Below the pieces are notes generated by a model that ran no database searches, was not told the DNA's origin, and saw only the letters and a program-made list of their open reading frames with translations. DNA of 64,000 bases from positions 13,838,464 to 13,902,463 of the forward strand of contig NC_043011.1 of NCBI RefSeq assembly GCF_006345805.1, read 5' to 3'. This DNA is from Octopus sinensis (taxonomy: Eukaryota). Position 1 is the stretch's first letter. Every line of letters begins with the position of its first letter. The position numbers and the translations under genes were made by a program. Shown in pieces: positions 34,795 through 47,520 of the stretch.

Positions 34795-35100
34795 ATCATC
34801 ATCATCATCCTCATCGTTTAACGTCTGTTTTCCATGCTAGCATGGGTTGGACAGTTCAACTGTGGTCTGGGAAGCCAGAAGGCTGCGCCAGGCCAAGTCT
34901 GACCTGGCAGTGTTTCTACAGCTGGATACCCTTCCTAACGCCAAACACTCCGTGAGTGAAGCGGGTGCTTTTTACGTGCCACCTGCACAGGTGCCAGACG
35001 AGGCTGGCAAACGGCCACGATCGGATGGTACTTTTTACGTGCCACCGGCACGGGGGCCAGACGAGGCTGGCAACGGCCACAATCGGGGCAATGGCCACAA
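34795..35100 (-). mobile_element. RTE 3'UTR element (family C)
   Basis: (CAT)n start on the + strand, family core, two units of about 63 bp. Confidence 0.75.
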
Positions 35101-35357
35101 TAGACCGTTGTAAACCATAACTCTACAAAACAGCAGTCGATATGATGATTTCTATGCTTTCTTCGTATTATGGATATCGCAAAAAGTTTTGATTGTCCAT
35201 TTTTCTTAATCAATGATGTAGTTTACTTGAACAAGTTGAGCAGATTCGATGTAATTCGCATCGTCTTGTATTGGTCACATACATGACAACCTGTGGGATA
35301 ATCCCATATGTGGAATAATTTCATTAGGTACCCTGTGGTAGTTCGACATTGTGTCTT

Positions 35358-36036
35358 ACTTACTCTCTTTTCACTCTTTTACTTGTTTCAGTCATTTTTT
35401 TTACTGCGGCCATGCTGGAGCACCACCTTTAGTCGAGCGGACTTATTCTTTGTAAGCCCAGTACTTATTCTATCGGTCTCTTTTGGCGAACCACTAAGTG
35501 ACGGGGATGTAAACACACCAGCATCGGTTGTCAAGTAATGCTAGGGGGGTCAAACACAGATACACAAACATATACACACACACATACAAATATATATATA
35601 TATACCATCATCATCATCATCATCGTTTAACGTCCGTTCTCCATGCTAGCATGGGTTGGACGGTTCGACCGAGGATCTGGGAAGCCAGAAGGCTGCACCA
35701 GGCTCCAGTCTTATCTGGCAATGTTTCTACAGCTGGATGCCTTTCCTAACGCCAACCACTCCGTGAGTGTAGTGGGTGCTTTTTACGTGCCACCCGCACA
35801 GGTGTCAGGCGAGGCTGGCAACGGCCATGGTCGGATTGGTGTATATATATATATATATATATATACATATATACGACAGGCTTCTTTCAGTTTCCGTCTA
35901 CCAAATCCACTCACAAGGCATTGGTCGGCCCAGGGCTATAATAGAAGACACTTTCCCAAGATGCCACGCAGTGGGACTGAACCCGGAACCATGTGGTTGG
36001 TAAACAAGCTACTTACCACACAGCCACTCCTGCGCC
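35358..36036 (-). mobile_element. SINE family A interrupted by a family C element (about 35607-35840)
   Basis: SINE tail 35358-35605 and head 35841-36036 flank the insertion, which sits in the internal (TA)n tract. Confidence 0.85.
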
Positions 36037-37246
36037 TACTTGTGAAAGTACCATAAACATAGTAGGATAAATCTGGATGATTTTTACATTCACAAAACAT
36101 GGTTGTAGTGGAAAAGGTGTAGTAAAAGATGTTGACGTAGCAGATGAAATAGGCATGTGGATGACATCAAAGCAAAACAATGTGAAAGCATCGGATTGTG
36201 GTTTAAATAATTTATTTAATTGACACTTGCATTTACTTGTTGTACACACCAAAAAATTCATTACATGACATTGCCAACTTGCTTCGAGTTGGTGAAGAAG
36301 AAAATAAACAAGGGAAAAACTGTGTCGATGTGATGAGATAGAACTGGGCATGTTTTGTGTCTGTGTGTGCGTTGGTCATTCGGTGGTGTCTGTTAATGTT
36401 CTGCGATTGCTACTGAGTTGGGTCATTCATGCTGAATGTGTGGTTCTATGTTGGCTGCTTGACTGGAGCAAGTTACTTACTGGCTGTCTTGCTTGTTGAT
36501 GGCTATCTTCAGTCCCTTGATGGATTACTATATTTATAATGTTCATCACAGCTAGAAGGACAGATATACCACAGGAGTAATTTCTACTTATGGAGAACGG
36601 ACATTAAACGATGATGATGATGATGATGATGTAGGTTGCTTCCTATCCACTTGAACCTTAAATGACATAGCTCAAGTTCGAAGTTGGTAGACAAGCTACT
36701 TACCACACAGCCACTCCAGTGGTTCCCAACATTTTCACTACTAAGGACCCCATTTATTTAAATGAGTTTTCCCACGGACCCCAGGATATTAAAACGTCAG
36801 GTCGAAGGGAAATCCATCCCTCATTTTTTAACAGGACAAAGAAATTTCTATTGCGCCTGTTTGGCCAGTGGCGGATCAGACGAGTGAGAATCCTTAGATT
36901 CGGTTTCGAATCTCAGCTCAGAAAAAGAAATGTTAGTCTTTACATGGTGATGAAATAATGATCTGAAAAATTTTAGTATTTTTCAAATATAATTATGAAA
37001 AAATATAATTTAGTCACGTTACAAAAACCTCTGTGGATAGTTTTGAAATCAAATGTTTTCTGGTGCACATAAAGTAATCTCCAATGGAAAAATCTTTCTT
37101 GACCAGTGTTACTGGAATGTGATTATAACTACATGGAAACATAATCTGTACTGTTAAAGGCATCTTGAAAATTTGTACGGAGGAAGCGGTTCTCGCATCA
37201 GTGAAATTTCTGGCTGTTAGCTATATGTATCAAATACATACGTGTT

Positions 37247-37412
37247 CAGGGCCCACTCAAGGTACCGGCAACTCGGGTAGTCGCCCGGGGCGCCATGTGC
37301 TAGAGGGCACCAAGGAGGGCATGACAAAGACAAGGACATTTCCATGACCGTCAGCTTGTACACGCCGAAGTTCAGCTTGCCCAGGGCACCAGCAACCCCA
37401 ATGCCAGCCCTG
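37247..37412. mobile_element. hAT-type MITE with 8-bp TSD
   Basis: CAGGGC...GCCCTG termini; TACGTGTT at 37239-37246 and 37413-37420. Confidence 0.8.
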
Positions 37413-38237
37413 TACGTGTTATATATGTAATAAAAGCTGTTAGTTTCACGAGCAATATCACCATATTACATAATATTCTTCAAGATCGTCATGAGAATAA
37501 CTGGTCAATTGGTAGAATTATTAGAATGTCAGATAGATTGCAATACTTGTTCAGGCCTTCTGCGGTCTGAGTTGAAATTCTACCGAGATCACTTTGCCTT
37601 TCATCTTTTTATATGGATAAAGACAGTCCGGTGCTGGGACAGGCTTCTTACTTTCCAGTTGTCGTATTTTCGATGTTCAATTAACCCTAACCCTAAAACA
37701 GATTGAAATGCAATAGATCGATACTAGGGTCATAATTATGGGTGACAATTTCATATGACACCGCTAGAAAAAACTGCCATTCAATCCGAAAAGATCCAAG
37801 TAATCTGGGAAGTATCTAAAAAAAACAAATGTCTTGACGATTTCATTCTCTGAACTGATAACTCAGTGAAAAGTTTCTTTCTAAGCATGATGTATGCATC
37901 GAATATGGTATAGCACTTAACACTAAGTATTTACTGCAGACGAAGTGTAGTTTCCGGGTTTTTAAATAACACTAAACCATGCCTTTTTTATGTAGCAGAT
38001 ATTTACAAGCAATTATGAATTTCCTTTCATCTAATTCTCATACGCACATGTTTCGGCTTTGTTAACCAAGTTTCCTGTACATTCAATAAGGAAACCAATG
38101 CTTAAACCAGACACAGCTATCCATAGGCATCATGGGTTTAAAAAAAAACAATTTCAAGAAGCAAAGCAAAAAAAAAAAACTGATGCTGAGTTTGAAAAGG
38201 ATGAACGAATATTTGATAATGCTAAACATACAAGTTT

Positions 38238-38667
38238 GGATCTTTTCAGTTTGAACGGCAGTTTTTAAAAATAATTTCCACGTAACTAAACACTTTTAAA
38301 CTTCGTATACTGGTAGAATGTGTTTATAAAACATCTTTTTCTCTTGGCTTTATTGAGAAAATTCTATAGTTTCTAAGATATTTGTTGGTTTTTTTCTTCA
38401 ATTTCTGCAATTTCAACCAATCACTGACGTCTATTGAGGTAAAAAAACATTCTTTGCTGTATGAATATGTCCCTCGTTTAAGAAACAGATTGGGTTTATT
38501 TACATTTCTGAAGAAAAAAAGATACCCTTCCCCCCACCCCTAACCCTAACCCTAACTAAACCTTAAAACAGATTGAAATGAAATAGATCGATACTAGGGT
38601 CATAATTATGGGTGACAATTTCATATGACACCGCTAGAAAAAACTGCTGTTCAAACTGAAAAGATCC
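38238..38667. mobile_element. MITE family D (partial copy also at about 37680-37797)
   Basis: TIRs, internal CCCTAA repeats, CAAGTTT flanks. Confidence 0.9.
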
Positions 38668-39874
38668 CAAGTTTGTTTACGGATTGGTCAGGAGAAAGAA
38701 TTGGCGTCTGGTTTTTCTAAAAACATTACAGTTGCTTTTAATAGAAACTTTCTATTATAAAACTGGCTGATACATAACTGATCGGTACTCAGCTTTATAC
38801 ACTCAGCTGAGTCAAGATAATACGAATAAAAGAAGCTCTGGCTTTAAGATGATGCCCTCAATAAAGCTAGATATTTTATCCAAGGATACGGCTACCTCGC
38901 TATTGCTACTGGATTCAAACCTCTTCTAAGAATCTTCAGTGCCAAGACCAACTGAAAATACGGTAAACTCGTCACCCAGCAGGAAATATTCAGGAAAATG
39001 AACTGCACTTTAGAAATGACATACCTTCAATCATAGAAGAAATATATAATCAATATAATTTGATAATTGCACTTCCACTAATTACCAGCTTTCATAAATC
39101 ATTTTTGGCTACTGTTCGTTGCGTGGCATCATTTTCCAATGCTGTCGATGACCTGGTAAACTGCTCAATAGTTTCAGAGTTTAAATCCCTACACTTCGTT
39201 GCCTCGTCTCATTCCCTTCGTCACTTCTTGTTTAGTCCCGAGTTGGATCTGATTGAACAGATATGATCAAAGACATCCCAACAGCGACCATTCCGTCTTT
39301 CTTCCCAGACATAATGGACTCTACGTGTATATCACAGGATAGAGGTTTTTCTATTCTGTATATAAAAAAAGTTTGGCTACTTTTTCTAGCAGGTCATGCA
39401 ACCACATAAAGGCTCCATCGTTAGTCTGTCTCAGGAATAATTTTGTTGTTATTTAGCCTCAAATCAACCCTGATACAGCAAACCTGTGTTGCTATAAAAA
39501 CATCTCTAGTTATTAAAGAAGGGTTTTGTTAGGGGAGTGGACACGGATGTTGTTGTTCGCAAACAGCAGCAGTAATTTTCTTCAGCTGAATACACGTCAT
39601 TGATTGGTTCAAATCACCCAAATACGACAACTTTAACACGAAATAACTTCTAAAATACAAAATTTTGTCAAAAACGTTAAGAGTAAGCCCTGTTCTATGA
39701 GATAAATTCTACAAGTATCTGAAGTTTCAAAATGTGTAGTTAAAAAAAAAAATTAATTAAAAAATCTGTCGGTCAGATTGAAAAGACCCGACAGACGTTT
39801 TAATATCCTGGGGTCCGTGGGAAAACTCATTTAAATAAATGGGGTCCTTAGCAGTGAAAATGTTGGGAACCACT

Positions 39875-40284
39875 GGAGTGGCTGTGTGGTAAGTAGCTTG
39901 TCTACCAACTGCATGGTTCCGGGTTCACTCCCACTGCGTGGCACCTTGGGTAAGTGTCTTCTACTATAGCCTCGGGCCGACCAAAGCCTTGTGAGTGGAT
40001 TTGGTAGACGGAAACTGAAAGAAGCCCGTCGTATATATGTATATATATATATATATGCGTGTGTGTGTTTGTGTGTCTGTGTTTGTCTCCTAGCATTGCT
40101 TGACAACCGATGCTGGTGTGTTTATGTCCCCGTCACTTAGCGGTTCGGCAAAAGAGACCGATAGAATAAGTACTGGGCTTACAAAAGAATAAGTCCCAGG
40201 GTTGAGTTGCTCGATTAAAGGCGCTGCTCCAGCATGGCTGCAGTCAAATGACTGAAATAAGTAAAAGAGTAAAAGAGAGAGAGT
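39875..40284 (+). mobile_element. SINE family A
   Basis: Near-identical to the 20773 copy. Confidence 0.9.
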
Positions 40285-40707
40285 ACGTGTTTGTAGACAA
40301 TTATTTAAATTACGGTCTATTGGTGTAAGTCGTTATGTTTGTCATCACATTAATTAATTGTCATATGTACATTGGCTTTGTGAGAAAAATGTTTGATTTA
40401 TACCAAATGAAGTTACAAGCTGTTAAGCTTGTTTCTAATTTAGGTACAAGGTCAGTAGTTTTGAGTGGGTGGGTTAGTCGAAACCACCAACCCTAGCTCT
40501 TGATTTGCAATACAATAAATTTTGAACTCCTTTACATTGTTTTGTAGACAAATGTAGGATTAAGTATTGAGCACATTCTATTCGATGGAGTGGCAGAATC
40601 GAAGTGTAGGTCAAAATATTTCGTAGTATTATTTGTTTCAGTCGAAATCCCTCCGAGATCAGCTTGGTCTTTTATCCTTTCAAGGTTGATAAAATAAATT
40701 ACCAAAA

Positions 40708-41109
40708 GGATCTTTTCGGTTTGAACGGCAGTTTTTTAAAATAATTTCCACGTAACTAAATACTTTTAAACTTCATATACTGGTAGAATGTGTTTATAAA
40801 ACAACCTTTTTCTCTTGGCTTTATTGAGAAAATTCTATAGTTTGTAAGATATTTGTTGTTTTTTTTCTTCAATTTCAACCAATCAGTGACGTCTATTGAG
40901 GTGAAAACATTCTGTGCTGTATGAATATGTCCCTCGTTTAAGAAACAGATTGGGTTTATTTACATTTCTGAAGAAAAAAAGATACCCTTCCCCCACCCCT
41001 AACCCTAAAACAGATTGAAATGCAATAGATCGAAACTAGGGTCATAATTATGGGTGACAATTTCATATGACACCACTAGAAAAAACTGCCGTTCCAACCG
41101 AAAAGATCC
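40708..41109. mobile_element. MITE family D
   Basis: TIRs and shared internal sequence. Confidence 0.9.
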
Positions 41110-41516
41110 CGGCTCCTTATTTCTCCAAGTCAAAATCCTGCCGAGATCAACTTGGTATTTTATCCTTTCAAAGTTGATAAAATAAATTACCAAAATACTG
41201 GGGTCAATTTAACTAATGAAACCCAGCCATACTCCGGATTTTCTGGCCTTGGGCTTATATATATATATATATGAAAATATTATTGAAATGAAATGTCATT
41301 GTGAAAATCATCTTTTATGTTTGCCTCTAAGCTTACATGACAATTAGTTTTATAAAATAAGTTATACTACATTACCAACATTTACAGAGGTGCTGGTTTT
41401 TAGGCGATAGAGTCGACAGCATGCTTTGCATTTCCTACTTCCCTTTTAACTGAATATGAGTCACACCCAGCTGTCACTGGTAGTTAAGACATTAGTAAGA
41501 TTATAACCTATCAATA

Positions 41517-41911
41517 GGCGGAGGAGTGGCTGTGTGGTAAGTCACTTGCTTACCAACCACATGGTTCCGGGTTCAGTCCCACTGCGTGGCACCTTGGGCA
41601 AGTGTCTTCTACTATAGCCTCGGGCCAACCAAAGCCTTGTGAGTGGATTTGGTAGATGGCTACTGAAAGAAGCCTGTCGTATATATGTATATATATATGT
41701 GAATGTTTGTGTGTCTGTGTCTGTCCCCCCAACATCGCTTGACAACTGATGCTGGTGTGTTTACATCCCCGTAACTTAGCAGTTCGGCAAAAAGAGACCG
41801 ATAGAATAAGTACTGGGCTTACAAAAGAATAAGTCCCGGGGTCGAGTTGCTCGACTAAAAGGCGGTGCTCCAGCATGGCCGCAGTCAAATGACTGAAACA
41901 AGTAAAAGAGT
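41517..41911 (+). mobile_element. SINE family A
   Basis: Full head, core and tail. Confidence 0.9.
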
Positions 41912-42360
41912 ATCACTATGTTTTAGTGTATTAAGGATATGATGAAACATGTATACTATGACGACTTATTGCACAGTCACTTGCACGCACTATCATAAAA
42001 TATAATTATCAAGTAAGGAAAGAAAAAGACGAATCATGTATTTTACCATTTATAAGTAAATATCTACATCCTAATGAGGATATTACAATTTCCATGAAGA
42101 GTTATGCATAATTTGTGCTCCGGGGTCTGAAGCAGGTCTTGTCCTGGTGTCATCTGGTGATCTGTGGTCCTGCAGCTAAGTCACATCTGGTTCAAATTTT
42201 CAATGAACCGGAGGAGGTCCATGTATTTAAACAAACATTAGAATTGATATATAATTTATGAAACCTATTGAACATGCTGTTGTTATTATCAAGTTTATGT
42301 GACTGACCCTCCTCCGCCTCACATTCAACAGCACTAAAAGGAATGGGTAGGGAACAGGTC

Positions 42361-42572
42361 TAGCTGGCAGAAACGTTAGCATGCCGGGCAAAATGCGTAG
42401 CCGTATTTCGTTTGCCGTTACGTTCTGAGTTCAAATTCCGCCGAGGTCGACTTTGCCTTTCATCCTTTTGGGTTTGATTAAATAAGTACCAGTTACGCAC
42501 TGGGGTCGATATAATCGACTTAATCCGTTTGTCCTCTCTGTGTTTAGCCCCTTGTGGGTAGTAAAGAAATAG
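42361..42572 (+). mobile_element. SINE family B
   Basis: Similar to the 6532 copy. Confidence 0.85.
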
Positions 42573-42640
42573 GTACTACAATCATGATCCTTCATGATTT
42601 CTGAATGCATTCATTAAAGAGGGAAGGGAGCTTAAATGCC

Positions 42641-42644
<4 letters not shown>

Positions 42645-42695
<51 letters not shown>

Positions 42696-42708
42696 TACAG
42701 AGAGAGAG
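42645..42708. repeat. (AG)n microsatellite
   Basis: Long AG dinucleotide run. Confidence 0.95.
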
Positions 42709-43912
42709 ATGGCATTGCAGCTTCTCCATAACTAGGCTGTATTTCAGCATAACAACAACAACCTTTATCAAGAACGTATTTCACTTACGATTTACATATA
42801 GTTTCAAGTTCAACTGTTTGAGAACCTTTCAAGGATGTCATTGCAAATACACAGGACTGTAAATTATTTATAAAACCAATAACAAACAGTAGATGAATAA
42901 TGGAGGCATTTTCTTGCTGTTTGTTTAGGTAATTTTGCCAAACTCCCCCTTTTTCACTGCCTCTTGAGCCTCAAGTTTTGTATCAGGTTGTTCTTTCAGT
43001 TTGTAGCAGAACTCAGGATTTGAAACCCTGTCAGTCCAGTATTGGGAAAAAGCCATAAAATATCAAGTTTCCAAATTTGGTGGCAACGGCTATTGTCCTT
43101 ATCAAGTGAATTGGATCTATTCCATCTTAGTCAGATTTTTTAATTAATTATTTTTAATTAAACAGTTTGAAACTTCGAATACTAGTAGAATTTCTCACAT
43201 AGAACACTGTTTACTCTAAACGATTTTGACCAAATTTTGTGTTTTAGAAGTTATTTCACGTTAAAGTCGTCGTATTTGGGTAATTTGAACCAATCAATGA
43301 TGTGTATTCGGTTGAAGAAAGAAATTCTACCAGTATTCGAAGTTTCAAACTATTTAACACAAGCTAAGTACTCAGTGCTCCGAATACGGCTTATTTTGTG
43401 AATTTATTCTTCTAGTTGAGAGGAAAAATTAATCAGTTCTTTTTGATGTAGAATACAGTTTAACCATATTTTACTTGAAAAGGATTAATTCCAAGAATTT
43501 CTCTCACTGAATCACCTTGTGCAGTTCTAATCTGTGATAAAGACTGCCAAATTATTATGTAGAGATTAAGTTCCTCGAAAATTATTGTAGCACCAGATTT
43601 AATAGCAAGCATTTTGCTTGCCCCATCTCTAGTAAATTCCATCATAAAGTCCACGGTTGATGAAATACTTCAATAGATGCTTAGCAGCTGTTTCTGATTA
43701 GGCAGTTCAATTAGGTCTACAAACATGATATGCTCTGGTCTGTTGATTCCTTAACAAGAAAAGAAATTCAGTCATTTATCTGCTGGTAAATTGTTATTTT
43801 CATGCGTGATTGTCAATAATGTAAAAGTGGGCATATTTCTTAAAAATGAACTGGCGATAGTCGTTCAAACTGCTCATGTTGGCAAAGTAACTCTTCCTCT
43901 ATAGCCCTTTAC

Positions 43913-44327
43913 GGATCTTTTCAGTTTGAACTGCAGTTCTTTAAAATAATTTCCACATAACTAAACACTTTTAAACTTCGTATACTGGTAGAATGTATTT
44001 ATAAAACAATTTTTTCTCTTGGCTTTATTGAGAAAATTCTATAGTTTGTAAGATATTTGTTGTTTTTTTCTTCAATTTCTGTAATTTCAACAAATCAATG
44101 ACGTCTATTGAGCTGAAAACATTTTGTGCCGTATGAATATGTCCCTCGTTTAAGAAACAGATTGGGTTAATTTACATTTCTGAAGAAAAAAAGATACCCT
44201 TCCCCCCACCCCTAACCCTAATCCTAAAACAGATTGAAATGCAATAGATCGATACTAGGGTCATAATTATGGGTGACAATTTCATATGACACCGCTAGAA
44301 AAACTACCGTTCAAACTGAAAAGATGC
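43913..44327. mobile_element. MITE family D
   Basis: TIRs and shared internal sequence. Confidence 0.9.
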
Positions 44328-44349
44328 CCATTTTTCTTATTGTATTCAT

Positions 44350-45500
44350 TGCAGGCAAATAATAGCTTCCGAGAGGGAATAACATGCCATCATTGAGCTC
44401 TTGAGAAAGGAGGCTAACTGACAACCACAGAAAGCTACATGTTGTTTATGAAGATACCGTTGACAAGCACATGCATGAAGTTGAAACAAGAAGGAACCAA
44501 CATTGAAGACAAACTATGCAGTAGGAGACCATCAACTGTGATCGCAAATAGGTAACGTCACTGAGTGAATGATTTGATTCGCGTGGACAACAAGTCACGA
44601 TCCGTGCGCTTGCTGCACGCTTGGACTGCAGTCACTGTACATCACAGAAGGGTATCGGAAAGAGTGTACAAAGTGGATACCTTGCAGAAGACGCCACTTT
44701 TAAAAGAGAGAAGGGTAGAAATTTGCTTTGATTTGCTGGTAACGTTAGAAGCCAATGAATATACGTTTCCCAATCTTCTGATCTGGTGACAGGAAATGAA
44801 AGTGGCCATATTGGATCTTTTCAGTTTGAACGGCAGTTTTTTCTAGCGGTGTCATATGAAATTGTCACCCATAATTATGACCCTAGTATCGATCTATTGC
44901 ATTTCAATCTGTTTTAGGGTTACGGTTAGTTAGGGTTAGGAGTGGGGGGAAGGGTATCTTTTTTTTCTTCACAAATGTAAATAAACCTAATCTGTTTCTT
45001 AAACGAGGGACATATTCATACGGCACAGAATGTTTTCAACTCAATAGATGTAATTGATTGGTTGAAATTGCAGAAATTGAAGAAAAAAAACAACACATAT
45101 CTTACAAACTATAGAATTTTCTCAATAAAGCCAAGAGAAAAAGATGTTTTATAAACACATTCTACCAGTATACGGAGTTTAAAATTTTTTAGTTACCTAG
45201 AAATTATGTTAAAAACTGCCGTTCAAACCGAAAAGATCCGGCTATATCATTATGATCTGGAAACGAAGGTTCGCTCTATAGAATGATATTACGCGTTTTC
45301 TCTAAGGCCTAAGTTCAAGAGCCAGCGATTGGCACAGAAAGTCATGGTAGTTTTTTGGGGCTGAACGGGGGGTCAACGGTGTAATTCTTTTCTGGATCAT
45401 TGTTGTACTGTGAAGAGCTGGCAGTACAATGGAGTCACTAAAAAAGCTTTGAGAATCCATTGGGCAGAAGTGGCCTGAGCAAGCTTCTGAAAACAATTCA
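44350..45500 (+). pseudogene. Decayed mariner-type transposase split by a family D MITE
   Basis: Degenerate motifs: KECTKWIP (KVCARWVP-like), VTGNES just before the MITE, YHYDLETK and KFKSQRLAQKVM after it; many stops and frameshifts. Confidence 0.6.
44813..45239. mobile_element. MITE family D, opposite orientation to the 43913 copy
   Basis: TIRs; imperfect 9-bp flanks GGCCATATT and GGCTATATC. Confidence 0.9.
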
Positions 45501-46166
45501 CATTGACCATGACAATGTGTGGCTGCACAAATCATTAGTAACAAATCAGGCAATCGGTAAAATGTGATGATCAGTGGTCCCCCCCCTTTTATTATGCATC
45601 CCGAATTTAGCATCCCCTCACTACCGCCAAGTGAAAGTGTCTGTGAAGAAATGGGCGCAGTAGTGAACACCTAAATTAATATAATAACAACGCTCACTTT
45701 TGAACTATTTTCGGCGCAAACCCTAGTATGAGTGGTTATATGATCAAACATTTCTGTTTTCTCTAATTAGCAATGTAATCTGCTTGCATGCATATATATG
45801 TATTACATTATGATGTTTTTGATAATAAAGGAGGAATTACAACCGTGTTTCGTGGTCTGCTACCACAACAGCTCCTTTATACGATCCAGTTAGCTCAAAA
45901 CATCATCAGGAGGAACCACGTTCGGTTTCGGCCCCTACTCCTCTACTCTGGTGTTGGGTAGTATGCCATGCTAAACTAGTAATTCTTAGATGATGCACTG
46001 CAAGATGTATCTAAATCCGCTGTGGATTTTTAAAAATATATTTTTATGATTTTAGAAAATCATATTAGTGTCAGAAAAAAAAATCTTACACATAATTTTG
46101 TTACACACAAATATAACGAATAAAAAACGATAGTCAACAGCTTTCTATATTTTTTAATGAATTTTT

Positions 46167-46589
46167 GGATCTTTTCGGTTTGAACGGCAGTTTTTAACAC
46201 AATTTCTAGGTGACTAAAAAATTTTAAACTTCGTATACTGGTAGAATGTGTTTATAAAATGTCTTTTTCTCTTGGCTTTATTGAGAAAATTCTATAGATT
46301 GTAAGATATTTGTTGTTTTTTTTCTTCAGTTTCTGCAATTTCAACTAATCAATGACGTCCACTGAGGTAAAAAACATTCTGTGCCATATGAATATGTCCC
46401 TCGTTTAAGAAACAGATTGGATTTATTTACATTTGTGAAGAAAAAAAGATACCCTTCCCCCCACCCCTAACCCTAACTCTAACCGTAAAACAGATTGAAA
46501 TGCAATAGATCGATACTAGGGTCATAATTATGGGTGACAATTTCATATGACACCGCTAGAAAAAACTGCCGTTCAAACCGAAAAGATTC
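46167..46589. mobile_element. MITE family D, 8-bp TSD
   Basis: GAATTTTT at 46159-46166 and 46590-46597. Confidence 0.9.
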
Positions 46590-46963
46590 GAATTTTTAAC
46601 TTCAAAACCTGTTCAATTTTGTTTTGTTTTGTTTTATTTCTTCGATGCGGAATGCGCCAGTGATTTCTTAAAATTTGATCTGCAGTGCGTCACCAAGTCA
46701 AATAGACAGAGAACCACTGCCAGACAATTTATGGTTGAAAGTTTGGATCAATATGTCCAGTGTCTTTTTTTTTTACTCCATATCCATTCTGTTTTGATAT
46801 AACTACAGTTTAGTGCCTTTCGCACTATTTTGCTTTCTCATAACTTTCTTAATATCTCTAAGGAAATTTGATTGAGGCAAATTTTCGAACGCTAAATTTT
46901 AATAATGTTCATGAAATATAAAAATAAAAATTACTTTTTTTTTTGTCAGAAAGAGAAACACTC

Positions 46964-47372
46964 GGATCTTTTCGGTTTGACCGGCAGTTTTTTCTAGCGG
47001 TGTCATATGTAATTGTCACCCATAATTATAACCCTAGTATCGATCTATTGCATTTCAATCTGTTTTTGGGTTTGGGGTAGGGGGAAGGTATCTTTTTTTT
47101 CTTCACAAATGTAAACAAACCCAATCTGTTTCTTAAACGAGGGACATATTCATACGGCACAGAATGTTTTCACCTCAATAAACATCATTGATTGGTTGAA
47201 ATTGCAGAAATTGAAGAAAAAAAACAACAAATATCTTACAAACTAGAATTTTCTCAATAAAGTCAAGAGAAAAAGATGTTTTATAAACACATTCTACTAG
47301 TATACGAAGTTTAAAATTTTTTAGTTACGTGGAAATTATTTTTAAAAACTGCCATTCAAACTGAAAAGATCC
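46964..47372. mobile_element. MITE family D abutting the SEC23IP promoter
   Basis: TIRs and shared internal sequence. Confidence 0.9.
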
Positions 47373-47437
47373 CAACAATTGCTCATCGAACCAATTACTT
47401 AGGCTAATTAAATAACAGTTTACATTTGATGAGTGAA

Positions 47438-47520
47438 ACACGTCAAATGACAATTGAAATCCCGACTAAACGTTTCTAGTTCCGCTTCCGGTTCTGTGAC
47501 GTGGTTCATAGCAATGGCGG
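47438..47520 (+). promoter_or_regulatory. SEC23IP proximal promoter motifs: two TGACGTG(G/T) sites, ETS site, YY1-like site
   Basis: ACACGTCA 47438-47445, CTTCCGG 47485-47491, TGACGTGG 47497-47504, AATGGCGG overlapping the ATG; local CpG enrichment. Confidence 0.55.

Noticed and set aside
35528-36056. Recurrent short ORFs (MSSNAR..., [13 protein letters not shown]..., [17 protein letters not shown]...) as a peptide gene family
   Set aside because: They are translations of SINE A and RTE 3'UTR repeats with inconsistent frames, starts and stops between copies.
38535-38565. CCCTAA/TTAGGG repeats as an interstitial telomere
   Set aside because: Only 2-3 units, at the same position inside family D MITE copies.
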